From an uncultured Oscillibacter sp. (GTDB taxonomy: Bacteria > Bacillota > Clostridia > Oscillospirales > Oscillospiraceae): DNA of 64,000 nt. The stretch lies in NCBI GenBank assembly GCA_910583785.1, contig CAJTZK010000010.1, forward strand, positions 7,338 through 71,337, written 5' to 3'. Positions within the stretch are counted from its first letter, which is position 1. Every line of letters starts with the position of its first letter. Below the pieces are notes generated by a model. The model was not told the DNA's origin. It saw only the letters and a program-made list of their open reading frames with translations, and searched no databases. The translations under genes and the position numbers were made by a program. Of the stretch, positions 49,762-60,326 are shown one piece after another.

Positions 49762-50430
49762 ATGAGGGGGAAACGGGCAAAGCAGCTGGGAGGAGCGGCG
49801 GCGCTCCTGCTGGCCTTTCTGGCGGCCTGTGCCCTGCTGGAGGGGAGCACCGGATGGTTCCCGGTGCTGGGGAACCTGGTTTCCGCCGCCCGGATGCGGA
49901 GCTATGCCGCCCAGGTCTATCCGGACCTGAGGCCGGAGGGGCCTTGGGCCCGGTATGACCCGGAGGATGGCAGGTATTTCCTGGCGTTCACCTTGAAAAA
50001 CGGCGGGGGGCGGCGCAGCCTGTTCTACGGCCTGGATTCCAAGCTGGTTATGGATGAAGGGCGGAGAACCGCGCTGCGGAAGGAGCTTGGCATCGCGGAG
50101 CACCCGCAGGTCAATGGGGACCGGGCTTACTGGGACGCCCGGTGGGACCCCGGCGACCCGGATACGCCCGTGGTGGACATCCGCATCGATTTTCAGGACA
50201 GGGCCAGCGACCCGGTGCCGGACGAGGAGGCCATGGCGGACCGGGCCATGGAGCTCTACGGGGAACTGTCCCCCAGGCCCCCGGTCCGTACCGTCTCCGT
50301 GTACTACAGCCACGAGGCGCAGAGGGACACTCGCGGCGGCTCCCTGTGGCACTCCATCAAGGTGGACCTGCCGGAGGATACGCCGCTGGCCCGGGAGATG
50401 GTGCTCTCCGGGGAACTGAAGAGCCGCTGA
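49762..50430 (+). CDS. Hypothetical membrane-anchored protein
   Basis: AAAGGAGG SD, N-terminal hydrophobic segment, host-like codon usage. Confidence 0.65.
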   Translation: MRGKRAKQLGGAAALLLAFLAACALLEGSTGWFPVLGNLVSAARMRSYAAQVYPDLRPEGPWARYDPEDGRYFLAFTLKNGGGRRSLFYGLDSKLVMDEGRRTALRKELGIAEHPQVNGDRAYWDARWDPGDPDTPVVDIRIDFQDRASDPVPDEEAMADRAMELYGELSPRPPVRTVSVYYSHEAQRDTRGGSLWHSIKVDLPEDTPLAREMVLSGELKSR

Positions 50431-50446
50431 AGAAAGGAGCGTCTTT

Positions 50447-51418
50447 ATGCGCGTGATTTTGGAAACCCTGCTGTCCCTGCTGACCCGGGGGGAGGACGCC
50501 GTGCTGGCCACGGTGGTCTCCGCCCGGGGTTCCACGCCCCGGGGGACTAGGTCCCAGCTGCTGGCGGGCCGGGAGGGCTTGCTTGCCGGGACCATCGGTG
50601 GCGGGCCGGGGGAGGCCCAGGCCCTGCTTCTCGCTGCGGAGCTGCTGGAGGAAAAACGGTCCGCCCTGCGCCGTCTGGAGCTCCGCCACGGCGGGGAGCT
50701 GGACTCCGTCTGCGGCGGGGAGCAGACGGTGCTCCTCCAGTTTGTCTCCCATACCGGGAAAGCCTGGGCGGCCTTTGCCCGGGAGGTTCTGGCCCGGCTG
50801 GAGTCCCGCCGGGGCGGCTGGATAGCCCTGGCGGCGGACCGGGCCCCGGCCCTGCTGGAGGAAGGACCCGCCGCCTGGGACGGGGAACGGCTGGTGTTCC
50901 CCCTGCCAGTGGGGGAGCGGGTGGTGGTGTTCGGCGGCGGGCACTGTGCCCTGGCCCTGGTTCCGGTCCTGCGGAGCGTGGGCTTCCGGGTGGTGGTGTT
51001 TGACAACCGGGCGGAATTTTCCAGTCCCGCCCGCTTCCCGGAGGCGGAGGCGGCGGTGTGCGGAGACTATACCCGCATTGCCGACGGGCTGGAACTGACG
51101 GCGGAGGACTACGCCGTGGTCATGACCAGCGGACACCGCCATGACTTCGAGGTGGAGGAGCAGCTCCTCCGGCGGCCCCTGGCCTACGTGGGGGTCATGG
51201 GCTCCCGGACAAAAACCGCCTATGTCAACGGAAGGCTCCGGGAGGCGGGAATCCCCGAAGAGGCCATCCGGCGGGTCCGCACGCCCATCGGCACCGCCAT
51301 CAAGGCCGTGACCCCGGAGGAGATTGCCGTCAGCATCGCCGGGGAACTGATCTATGAACGGGCCCTCCGCCGGGAAGCCGCCGGAACGGCGGAGCACGGG
51401 TGCCCTTCTCATTTGTAA
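50447..51418 (+). CDS. XdhC family molybdo-hydroxylase accessory protein
   Basis: GSTPRG, GTIGGG, VCGG, FGGGH, YVGVMGS, TPEEIAVSIAGE. Confidence 0.9.
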   Translation: MRVILETLLSLLTRGEDAVLATVVSARGSTPRGTRSQLLAGREGLLAGTIGGGPGEAQALLLAAELLEEKRSALRRLELRHGGELDSVCGGEQTVLLQFVSHTGKAWAAFAREVLARLESRRGGWIALAADRAPALLEEGPAAWDGERLVFPLPVGERVVVFGGGHCALALVPVLRSVGFRVVVFDNRAEFSSPARFPEAEAAVCGDYTRIADGLELTAEDYAVVMTSGHRHDFEVEEQLLRRPLAYVGVMGSRTKTAYVNGRLREAGIPEEAIRRVRTPIGTAIKAVTPEEIAVSIAGELIYERALRREAAGTAEHGCPSHL

Positions 51419-51874
51419 AGCGCGGGAAACCCGCCCTGCTTGTTTTGAGCGGACTTGGTAAAACCGGATGATAGGCAGGAAGCCCCCTTGTGCAGGATGA
51501 AACGCCTGCATAAGGGGGCGGTGTTATGCGGGCATGTTTGGAAAAATGTGAAAACGTCCCAATGGCGGTACTTCTCCTTTGGGAAGGCGCTAAAAAATCT
51601 TGAGGCACACCGGACACTCCCGGGATGCTGCCTTGCCCGAAGAAAAACGGTCGCGCCCTTTGCCAAGCTGCCCTTGGACAAGCAGGCCCTAAACAGAAAA
51701 AGGGGGCAAGGGCCGGGCCGCCGGATTCCGGGGTTGCGCGTTTCCCGGTTCTGTGCTTTCATCATCATAAAGCTGATAAATTTTTCCCGCTGTGGGATTT
51801 TTTCCGTTTCCCAGCCGTTTACTAGACAGGATGCCGCCAAATAAAACAAATAAAAGGAAAGGATGTGACCCGCC

Positions 51875-52408
51875 ATGCTTGCGGTTTACCTGGCCATGCT
51901 GGAAACCGAGGAGGACCAGCGCCGGTTTACGCGGCTTTACGAGGCCTACGAAAAGAAAGTTTACGCCGTCTCCCTGCGTATCCTGGGGGACCCCACCCGG
52001 GCGGAGGACGCCGCCCAGCAGACCTGGTTTCAGCTCCTGAGAAATTGGGAGCGGGTTTCCGCCCTCCCCTGGGAGGAGACGGAGGGCTATGCCGTCACCG
52101 CCGCCAAGAACTGCGCCCTGGACATCCTCCGGGCGGAGCGGAGGACGACCGCCTTTCCGGAGGACTGGGACCCCCCGGCCCGGGAGGAACGCCAGGAGGA
52201 GTACGATTACCTGGTGTCCCTGATCCGGGCCCTGCCGGAGAACTACCGCCGGATTCTGGAGCTCAAATGTGTGGAGGAGCAGGGCAACCGGGAAATTGCC
52301 CGGCGGTTGAATATCAACGAATCCACCGTGGCCAGCCGGGTGATGCGGGGCCGGGCCATGCTGCGGGAGCAGCTGGAGAAGGAGGGATATTGCTATGACG
52401 CAGTTTGA
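51875..52408 (+). CDS. ECF sigma factor
   Basis: AEDAAQQTW, EIARRLNINESTVASRVMRGR. Confidence 0.85.
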   Translation: MLAVYLAMLETEEDQRRFTRLYEAYEKKVYAVSLRILGDPTRAEDAAQQTWFQLLRNWERVSALPWEETEGYAVTAAKNCALDILRAERRTTAFPEDWDPPAREERQEEYDYLVSLIRALPENYRRILELKCVEEQGNREIARRLNINESTVASRVMRGRAMLREQLEKEGYCYDAV

Positions 52409-53759
52409 CCAGCTTTTGCGCCGGGGCCTGATGGACGCCAACCTGGCCCAGTATGAGCGGACCCTCCAGACGGCGGATGCCGCGGAAATGGATTTCTCCC
52501 TGGGGTACCTCCAGGAGCGGATGCGCCTTCTGGCGGACCCCTGGGGCTGGATGCGGCGGCGGGAGCTGGCCGGGTCCCGCCGGAGGGGGCGGCTGAACTG
52601 GCGGGTCATCGCCCTGGTGGCGGCCCTGCTGCTGCTGTCCGCCTGTGCCTACGCCGTGGCCACCGGGCAGTTCTCCCAGTGGTTCCCCTGGGTGGGGGCG
52701 GATCCCAAGGCCCCGGAAGTTTCGGAGGAGGTCCTGAGCCGCACGGGCACGGTGATTGAACAGAGCCAGACCGTGGACGGCGCAACGGCCACCCTGAACG
52801 CCGCCGTGTGGGATGGCGGTACCCTGCGCCTGTCCCTGGTGGTGAAGGCCCCCAATATCCCCAAGGAGGTCACCAAGGGGACCAGCCTCTACACGGAGGA
52901 GTGCTCCATTACCCTGCCGGAGGAGGATTGGAGGGAGTACTTGCGGAAAGATGAGGAAGCCCATGGCGAAGGACTCTCCAAGGAACTGCTGGAAAAGTCC
53001 ATCCAGAACTTCCTGGACATGGGCCAGGCTGGCTACTGGAACCGCGTCAACGTGCTCAACTTCCCCCTGGTCAGCCGGGAGAAGGACACCCTCACCTTCG
53101 AAGCCTGGATGTCCTTCAAGGACTATCTGAAACAGCCGGAGATCACCCTCCACCTAGAGAACATCGCCACCTATGAGGACGGAAAGGGTGACAAGGTGAT
53201 CTGGCAGGACGGTAAGCGCACCGGGCCCGGGCCGAAGGACGTCATCTTAAAGGGGCCCATGGAGTTCACCTTCCAGCTGGAGAACATCCTTCCGGCCGCG
53301 AAATACACGGGAGACGTGAAGGTTACGGCGGAGGACGTCCCCCTGCGGTTCACAGGGTTTGAAGTGGGGGCGTTTGAGATGAAGGCGGATTATGACCTCC
53401 TGGCCCAGATGAACCCGGTCCGCGTCACAAGGCCGGAGGGCGCGCCCCCGGCCGCCGCGCCGGACCCGGACAAGCTGAGTGAAGAGAGCGTGCGCAAGGT
53501 CCTCCGTGGAATCATAAAGGGCCTGTGGACCAAGGACGGCGTGTACGTGGACCTCTCCCAGTGGGGCGGGAGCTTGAGCCTGATTACCTCGGAAGACGGG
53601 ACGGCCAACGGAAGCCTGGGCGTCACGTATCCCTACCCCATTGACCCCGCCGGGGTGGCGGCGGTGGACTTGAACGGCACCCGGGTGGAGCTGGGCAGCC
53701 TGAAGCCCGCGGCGGAGCAAGCGGCGCCCGCTCCGGCCGCCGCCGGGGCCAAGCCTTAA
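52395..53759 (+). CDS. Probable anti-sigma factor (DUF4179-like)
   Basis: Overlaps the sigma gene; single TM; IEQSQTVDGATATLNAAVWDG. Confidence 0.7.
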   Translation: MTQFDQLLRRGLMDANLAQYERTLQTADAAEMDFSLGYLQERMRLLADPWGWMRRRELAGSRRRGRLNWRVIALVAALLLLSACAYAVATGQFSQWFPWVGADPKAPEVSEEVLSRTGTVIEQSQTVDGATATLNAAVWDGGTLRLSLVVKAPNIPKEVTKGTSLYTEECSITLPEEDWREYLRKDEEAHGEGLSKELLEKSIQNFLDMGQAGYWNRVNVLNFPLVSREKDTLTFEAWMSFKDYLKQPEITLHLENIATYEDGKGDKVIWQDGKRTGPGPKDVILKGPMEFTFQLENILPAAKYTGDVKVTAEDVPLRFTGFEVGAFEMKADYDLLAQMNPVRVTRPEGAPPAAAPDPDKLSEESVRKVLRGIIKGLWTKDGVYVDLSQWGGSLSLITSEDGTANGSLGVTYPYPIDPAGVAAVDLNGTRVELGSLKPAAEQAAPAPAAAGAKP

Positions 53760-53876
53760 GGGAGCCGGGCCGCCTTCCCGGCCCGCCGGAGGCTTGCGTT
53801 TGCCGGGGACCTTTGCTATAATTCCAGCATATCTTCCCGGTTCCCTCCTGGTCCCGGGAGCTTCCTGGAGGTCTTC

Positions 53877-55229
53877 ATGTCTTTGCCTACTCCGGTCCGG
53901 AAAGGACGCGCTTCCGCCTGCGGCAGCTGGCGGCGGCAGTATGAGGCGCTGCGGATGTCCGCCGCCCAGGCTGCGGAGCAGGTCCGCCCTGGGGACGCGG
54001 TGGCGGCCAGCGCCTCGGCCAACTGGCCCTATGCCGTGGACGCGGCCCTGGCGGAGCGCCTGCGTTCCCTAGCGGGCCACATTGAGCTTTTGTCCCTGTA
54101 TGCTCCCCTGGACACCGCGCTGTTGTCCCCGGACAACGTGGACCTGGTTTCCTACCAGGCCAACTTCTTCTCCGGGGAGCGGCTCCTGGCCCCCCAGGGG
54201 AACGTCTGGTACGTCCCCGCCCATCTTAGCGCCACCGGGGACTGGATGTGCTCCCGGAGGCCCCGGGTGGCGGTAATCGCCTGCTCGGCCCCTGATGAAA
54301 ACGGGTGGATGAGCCGTTCCCTCTGGGGGGCCAGCGTCCCCCGGCGGACGCTGGAAGAGGCGGAAACCGTGATCGTGGCCGTGAACCGCCAGCTCCCCTT
54401 TTTCTCCAGCGGGGGAGAGGGGCACATGCTGTTCCACGTCTCAGAGGCGGACGCCATCGTGGAGGACAGCCGTCCCCCGGCGGAGCACCCCCCGGTCCCG
54501 GCGGGGGATACGGACCGCCGCATCGCGGGGTACATTGCGGACCTGGTCCCCGACGGGGCCTGTGTCCAGTTCGGCCTGGGGGGCCTGGCCAATGCCGTGG
54601 GCGAATGCTTGGCGGACGCGGGAAAGCGGGACCTGGGGCTCCAGACGGAGGTCATTGGGAACTGCGTCATGGAGCTGATGAAAAAGGGCGTCCTGAACAA
54701 CAGCCGCAAGCGGACCTGCCCGGGCCAGTCCGTGGGCGCGTATTTCATCGGGGACAAGCGCCTGTGGGACTTTGCCCGGGAGAACCCGGCGTTCTGCCAG
54801 AAGGACATCTACTGGACCAACGATCCCAGGCGGATTGCGGAAAACGACCGGGTGGTCTCCATCAACAACGCCATGGAAATCGACCTGACTGGCCAGGTCA
54901 ACGCCGAGAGCGTGGGACCCCGGCAGTACTCGGGAACCGGAGGGCAGCTGGAGTGGGTGCTGGGGGCCCAGTGGTCCCGGGAGGGGAAAAGCATCATTGC
55001 CCTCCGCTCCAGCTACCGGGATAAGGCGGGAGCCCTCCACTCCAAGATCGTCCCCCAGCTCCCCTTGGGGAGCGTAGTAACCACGCCCCGGACCTGCGTC
55101 CAGTACGTGGCCACGGAATACGGCGTGGCGGACCTGCGGTACAAAAGCGTCCTGGAGCGGGCCCGTGCGCTGATTGCCATTGCCCACCCCGATTTCCGGG
55201 CGGAGCTGTCCCGGAATCTGCCCTGGTGA
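53877..55229 (+). CDS. Acetyl-CoA hydrolase/transferase (4-hydroxybutyrate CoA-transferase-like)
   Basis: QFGLGG, INNAMEIDLTGQ, SGTGGQ, TEYGVA, IAHPDFR. Confidence 0.88.
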   Translation: MSLPTPVRKGRASACGSWRRQYEALRMSAAQAAEQVRPGDAVAASASANWPYAVDAALAERLRSLAGHIELLSLYAPLDTALLSPDNVDLVSYQANFFSGERLLAPQGNVWYVPAHLSATGDWMCSRRPRVAVIACSAPDENGWMSRSLWGASVPRRTLEEAETVIVAVNRQLPFFSSGGEGHMLFHVSEADAIVEDSRPPAEHPPVPAGDTDRRIAGYIADLVPDGACVQFGLGGLANAVGECLADAGKRDLGLQTEVIGNCVMELMKKGVLNNSRKRTCPGQSVGAYFIGDKRLWDFARENPAFCQKDIYWTNDPRRIAENDRVVSINNAMEIDLTGQVNAESVGPRQYSGTGGQLEWVLGAQWSREGKSIIALRSSYRDKAGALHSKIVPQLPLGSVVTTPRTCVQYVATEYGVADLRYKSVLERARALIAIAHPDFRAELSRNLPW

Positions 55230-55427
55230 GAGGGAAGAACCGCCCCCGGCCGCCGGATCATCCGGCGGCCGGGGGCGGTGCCCGCTGTGCCCGGTTGGCA
55301 GTTCGCTGGGGAATACCCAGGCTTTTGACAGGAGAGGGCGGCCCTGTCAAGGCGTGTCTACCCGCCCATATGGCAGGGCCCCGGAAATCCATTGGATTTC
55401 CGGGGCCCTGCCGCTGCTTTTCCGAAT

Positions 55428-56363
55428 TTACGCGTTTTGGAGGGAGAGCTCTTGGCTCAACACCGTTTTCATTTCCTTGATAAACGCGGAGGCCTCATCT
55501 GAAATCGTGGAATTAGCAACCTGAATCCAGCCAAGGCAGATCTCGTTATAGTGGTTTTTGATGGGCCTGCTGACCAATTCCGGACCAGCAAATCCCTTTG
55601 ACAGGATACCCGTTCCAATGGAAAAGGCGTCCGTATGAGTCAGAATATTGATCATAGTGCCCCGGTCGATAACAAGGAACCGCTGGTCCAGCGTTGTGCT
55701 GCCTGGTAAAATCGCCTCTTCTGAAAAGTCCACGGAAATGGTGGCCTCAGATTCAAAGGAAGCGAAGGGATACGCTTTCATATCCTCCAAGTCTATTTCT
55801 GCATAAGAGGCCATGGGGTGGTCCTTCCGGAAGAACACGGAAGGGGACATGGAGAGCACGCGGTTGAACTCCAGGTTGCGGGCGGCCAGGTATTTGCGGA
55901 TAAACGTCTCGGTTGTGGTAGAGAGAAAAATAATGCCCACTTCGCTTTTTTGCTCAAATACATCCCGGATGACCCGGTCCATGCTGCACTCCCGCAAACG
56001 GACCTCAAACTGCTTGGGGGCCCGTTTTTCGAAAAATTTGCAGAACGCTTTAACCACAAAGGGATAGCGCTGCATGGAGACCGCCAGGTGAAAGGGCAGC
56101 GGCCGCACATGCCGGGTGTAGAGTTCCAGGATTCTCTCTTCTTGTTCCAGCAAGGTCTTGGCATAGCGTAGAAATTCCTGGCCGTCCCGGGTGAGGGTAA
56201 TTCCCTTCCTGCTCCTGGAAAAAATGGAGATGTGGAGCTCGTTTTCCAGGTCTTTCAGCGTACTGCTCAAATAGGGCTGCGTCAAATACAATTCCTGGGC
56301 CGCCTTGCTGATGCTGCCGCAGCGGGAAATTTCCATAACGTAACGAATCTGTTGAAGGGTCAT
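55428..56363 (-). CDS. LysR-family regulator
   Basis: GSISKAAQELYLTQPYLS HTH; divergent from the downstream cluster. Confidence 0.93.
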   Translation of the reverse strand: MTLQQIRYVMEISRCGSISKAAQELYLTQPYLSSTLKDLENELHISIFSRSRKGITLTRDGQEFLRYAKTLLEQEERILELYTRHVRPLPFHLAVSMQRYPFVVKAFCKFFEKRAPKQFEVRLRECSMDRVIRDVFEQKSEVGIIFLSTTTETFIRKYLAARNLEFNRVLSMSPSVFFRKDHPMASYAEIDLEDMKAYPFASFESEATISVDFSEEAILPGSTTLDQRFLVIDRGTMINILTHTDAFSIGTGILSKGFAGPELVSRPIKNHYNEICLGWIQVANSTISDEASAFIKEMKTVLSQELSLQNA

Positions 56364-56579
56364 GTTTGCACCGCCTTCGTTGCGCATTTGCCAAAATAGA
56401 CAAAATATTTTTTGAAATTAGGGTATGCTTTGTTGCTTATGGATGAGGATAGCTTTTTCATAATTGTTCCGGCTTCGAAAAAATGAAATACTATGTGTGA
56501 CAGAAATCCTAATCAAAGCATACACCAGAGTCCGGCAAAAGTCAAATTCCGAGGATTATGAAACAAGGGGGAACTGAAC

Positions 56580-57572
56580 ATGAACGTGCTGATCGCCGAT
56601 TTGCCAAAGGCGCAGAACCGCGACATTGATTATGAGATCAATCTGCTGCGGTCCGCTTTCCCGGACATAGAGACGGTCGTCTATGATTACGACGAAGCGA
56701 AAAAAGACGAATTCAAAGCGCTGCTGAAAAACGCGGACGCGCTTTTGACTGGCTTGATCGTAATGGATCAGGATATGCTGCAAAGTGCGGAGAAGCTCCG
56801 GGTTTTGTCGCTGACGTCTACGGGCTATAACTTTGTGGACGTGCCCTGTGCCACGGAGAAGGGGATTGCCGTGGTCCCCATTGGGGAATACTGCACAGAC
56901 GAGGTTGCCGACCACGCCATGTCCCTGATGCTGGCATTGAACCGGAAGCTGAAGCACTATGTGGACATCCTGGACCGTCAGCACAGGTGGCTGTACCGGG
57001 AGGCTGGCGAGATTCGCGGCCTGCGGGGGCAGACGCTGGGTATCTTCGGCCTGGGTAAAATTGGACGGGCCCTGGCGGTCCGGGCCCAGGCATTTGGAAT
57101 AGATGTGGTGGCCTATGATCCCTATCTGCCCCCCGCTATAGCAGAACAGGTTCATGTCAAGCTGGTTTCTCCCCAGTATATTCAGGAAAATTGCACCATC
57201 ATCTCCAACCACATGATCCAGACCGCGGAGGTGGAGGATTACTTTAACGAGGCGTTTTTCTCCGGCTTGAAAAGGGCCCCCATATTCCTGAATGTGGCCC
57301 GGGGTGGAGCGGTCGATGAAGCGGCGCTGCTGGACGCCCTGGAAACCGGGAAAGTTTCTGCGGCTGGCCTGGATGTCTTTAAGGACGAGAATCCTGATTT
57401 GAGCCAGAACTCCTTCCTTGGCCGGAATAACGTGATGGTTACGCCGCACGCGGCCTTCTATTCCAAAGAGTCCGTGGCCCGGGCGCAGAAAATCTCTGTG
57501 GAAAACATCATCTATTACCTCAAAGGCGAGTACGAAAAGGTCAACCATATTGTAAACGGCGTAAGGGCTTGA
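56580..57572 (+). CDS. D-isomer-specific 2-hydroxyacid dehydrogenase
   Basis: YCTDEVADH, GLGKIG, NVARG, GLDV, TPHAAFYS. Confidence 0.9.
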   Translation: MNVLIADLPKAQNRDIDYEINLLRSAFPDIETVVYDYDEAKKDEFKALLKNADALLTGLIVMDQDMLQSAEKLRVLSLTSTGYNFVDVPCATEKGIAVVPIGEYCTDEVADHAMSLMLALNRKLKHYVDILDRQHRWLYREAGEIRGLRGQTLGIFGLGKIGRALAVRAQAFGIDVVAYDPYLPPAIAEQVHVKLVSPQYIQENCTIISNHMIQTAEVEDYFNEAFFSGLKRAPIFLNVARGGAVDEAALLDALETGKVSAAGLDVFKDENPDLSQNSFLGRNNVMVTPHAAFYSKESVARAQKISVENIIYYLKGEYEKVNHIVNGVRA

Positions 57573-57616
57573 CGCCGATTTTCACACTTTAGATTTTAGG
57601 GAAAGGAGAGCCCAAT

Positions 57617-58852
57617 ATGAAAAATGCGGATGTCATCGTGATCGGTGGCGGCATGATTGGATTGTCCATCGCATATTGGCTTACGAAAAAGAACCAGACG
57701 GTTTTGGTTCTGGAGAAAGGTTCTACCCTGGCCGCAGGGAGCAGCGGCGCGGGCGACGGACATATCTACCACAACACGAAAATGCCGGGATATCACACAA
57801 ATCTGGGCTTCGCCGGAGGAGAAATGTATCCTTCGATTTTAGAGGACCTGGAGGACGACTGCGGATTTAGCGCGCATTGCGGCTCCTATCTGCTCTGCAA
57901 CGACGAAAAAGAGTATGAAATTGTGGAGAAAGCCACCCGGAAGATGCAGGAGGGTGGAATGGACATCCGTATGCTCAGCGGCGATGAACTCCGCCAACAA
58001 GAGCCTTGCTTCTCCAAGAAAATCTATGGCGCCAGCTATGCCCCCAGCGGCGGCAAGCTGGACCCCTTGAAGCTGGTATTTGCCTACGCTCGAAAGGCCG
58101 CCGGGAGGGGCGCCACGATTTTGTGCGACGCCGAAGTTACCGGAGTGGTCATAGAAGACGGCGCGGTTGTGGGAGTGGAAACGCCCAAGGGGACGTTCTA
58201 TGGCGGTGCCGTAGTGGACGCCGCTGGTTCCTGGAGCGGCTTCCTGGGCAAGGCCGCCGGGCTCTATGTGCCTGTTAAGCCCCGTAAGGGCCAGATCGTC
58301 GTGAGCGAGGGGTGCGCTCCCATGCTGAAAGGCCCCGTTACCACCGCTTCTTTCTTCTGCGCGAAGTTCTATCCGGAAATGATGCAGATGTTCCGCAGGA
58401 TGACGAAAGAGCTGAACCACGGCACCGCCATTGAGCAAACCTCCAGCGGCACCATTTTAATCGGAGCCACAAACGAGTGGGCGGACTTTGATAAGAGCAA
58501 TACCATAGAGGGCATCGAATGGCTGGTGGCGGAGGCCTGCCGGGCGATTCCCGCTTTGCGGAACGTACATTTTATTCGTACATTCTCCGGCTTCCGGCCT
58601 TATACGCCGGACCACCTGCCCATGGTAGGGGCTACGGCCCATCTGAAAAATTACTTCTTTGCCACGGGCTTTGAGGGCGGCGGCGTGTCCCTGAATCCCG
58701 CTGTCGGCCGCATGGTGGGCGAATTGATCTGCGGGGAGGAGCTCACGATTACCAACGCCCCCCTGGCGCCGGACCGGCTGGTCAAACCCTTTGGGGAGGC
58801 CACGGACGAAGAGCTGAAAGCCAACCTGCCTTTGGGCATTTTCAGTGCTTAA
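57617..58852 (+). CDS. FAD-dependent DAO-family oxidoreductase (amino-acid/opine dehydrogenase catalytic-type subunit)
   Basis: GGGMIG, PRKGQ, GFRPYTPDHLPMVG. Confidence 0.88.
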   Translation: MKNADVIVIGGGMIGLSIAYWLTKKNQTVLVLEKGSTLAAGSSGAGDGHIYHNTKMPGYHTNLGFAGGEMYPSILEDLEDDCGFSAHCGSYLLCNDEKEYEIVEKATRKMQEGGMDIRMLSGDELRQQEPCFSKKIYGASYAPSGGKLDPLKLVFAYARKAAGRGATILCDAEVTGVVIEDGAVVGVETPKGTFYGGAVVDAAGSWSGFLGKAAGLYVPVKPRKGQIVVSEGCAPMLKGPVTTASFFCAKFYPEMMQMFRRMTKELNHGTAIEQTSSGTILIGATNEWADFDKSNTIEGIEWLVAEACRAIPALRNVHFIRTFSGFRPYTPDHLPMVGATAHLKNYFFATGFEGGGVSLNPAVGRMVGELICGEELTITNAPLAPDRLVKPFGEATDEELKANLPLGIFSA

Positions 58853-58870
58853 CGAAAGGAGAGTCAAGTT

Positions 58871-59209
58871 ATGGAAGAGCTGAGAGTCCCGCACCACCCT
58901 GTCCTGGGGGACGCCCCGGAAAAGCGGCAGGTTACGATTTACTACCAGGGGCAGCCAGTCCCGGCAAAAGAGGGCGAACCCATTGCCGCCGCCCTGCTGG
59001 CCGCTGGCATCCGCGCATTTCGGAAAACCGTGCACCGCCACGAGCCCAGGGGCGTCTTTTGCTCCATCGGACGGTGTACGGATTGCATGATGATCGTCAA
59101 TGGCCTGCCGAACGTCCGCACGTGCGTAACGCCAGTTGAGGACGGCATGAGGCTGGAACCCCAGGATGGGTTTGGCCACAGAGAACTGACGGGGGGTGAG
59201 GAGGAATGA
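58871..59209 (+). CDS. [2Fe-2S] subunit
   Basis: RGVFCSIGRCTDC...VRTC. Confidence 0.9.
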   Translation: MEELRVPHHPVLGDAPEKRQVTIYYQGQPVPAKEGEPIAAALLAAGIRAFRKTVHRHEPRGVFCSIGRCTDCMMIVNGLPNVRTCVTPVEDGMRLEPQDGFGHRELTGGEEE

Positions 59210-60324
59210 AACGGTTCCGGACGGAAGTCGCCGTTATCGGCGCGGGCCCCGCGGGCCTGTGCGCGGCGCTGGAGGCCCACAAATTGGGCGCCCGGGTTAC
59301 GCTGATTGATGAAAACGCCCTGCCTGGCGGACAGCTGTTCAAACAGATTCACAAATTCTTCGGGTCCAAGGAGCATCTGGCTGGCGTCCGCGGCTATGAA
59401 ATCGGGCGGCAGCTGCTGAAGGATTTGGAGCGGAGCGCCGCCGACGTCATGCTGAACAGCGTGGCTTACGGAGTGTTTGCGCCCAATACCGTCGGCGTGG
59501 TACAGCGCGGGGAACACTACGCCATTGAGGCCAAAAAGATTATCCTTGCCGCTGGCGCAAAGGAAAATTACATGAGCTTTCCCGGCAGCACGCTGCCCGG
59601 CGTAATGGGAGCTGGCGCCGCGCAGACGATGATCAATGTCAACCGGGTTCTTCCGGGCAAGCGCATTGTCATGCTGGGCTCCGGCAACGTCGGCCTGATT
59701 GTGGCCTACCAGCTGATGCAGGCCGGAGCTTCCGTGGAAGCCCTGGTGGAGGCCGCGCCCAACATCGGCGGCTACGGCGTGCACGCCGGGAAAATCCGCC
59801 GGGCAGGCGTGCCGATTCTGACCTCCCACACCATCCAAGAGGTATACGGCGACGGCTGCGTGGAAGGCGTGATGATCTCGCAGCTGGATCAGAATTGGAA
59901 GCCCATTCCCGGAACCGAGCGGGCGATTGCCGCCGACACGGTCTGCCTTGCCGTCGGCCTGAATCCGATGACGGAATTGGCGTGGATGGCGGGCTGCGCG
60001 TTTACCTTCCTGCCCGGGCTCGGCGGACATGTCCCCATGCACGACGCCAATATGCGTACGACGGTCCCTGACATTTATGTGGCCGGAGATATTACGGGCG
60101 TAGAAGAGGCGTCCTCCGCCATGGAGGAGGGGAAGCTGGCTGGCATCGCGGCGGCGGCGTCCCTCGGCTATCTGGACGACGCCGGGGCGGAGCTCCGCAA
60201 GAACGAAGTCCGCGCACGCCTGGATTCCCTGCGCACGGGCCTGTTTGGAGAAAAGCGCCAGACGGCGAAGCAGGAACAGATGCGGCGCATGGAAGAATTT
60301 TGTCAAAGAAAGGACCGTGTTTGA
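59206..60324 (+). CDS. NAD(P)/FAD oxidoreductase subunit
   Basis: GAGPAG, GGQLFKQIHKFFG, GSGNVG, YVAGD. Confidence 0.9.
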   Translation: MKRFRTEVAVIGAGPAGLCAALEAHKLGARVTLIDENALPGGQLFKQIHKFFGSKEHLAGVRGYEIGRQLLKDLERSAADVMLNSVAYGVFAPNTVGVVQRGEHYAIEAKKIILAAGAKENYMSFPGSTLPGVMGAGAAQTMINVNRVLPGKRIVMLGSGNVGLIVAYQLMQAGASVEALVEAAPNIGGYGVHAGKIRRAGVPILTSHTIQEVYGDGCVEGVMISQLDQNWKPIPGTERAIAADTVCLAVGLNPMTELAWMAGCAFTFLPGLGGHVPMHDANMRTTVPDIYVAGDITGVEEASSAMEEGKLAGIAAAASLGYLDDAGAELRKNEVRARLDSLRTGLFGEKRQTAKQEQMRRMEEFCQRKDRV

Positions 60325-60326
60325 AT

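Noticed and set aside
57617..60324. Hydrogen cyanide synthase (hcnABC) or sarcosine oxidase call
   Set aside because: The same folds are shared by several amino-acid dehydrogenases; the substrate cannot be assigned from motifs.
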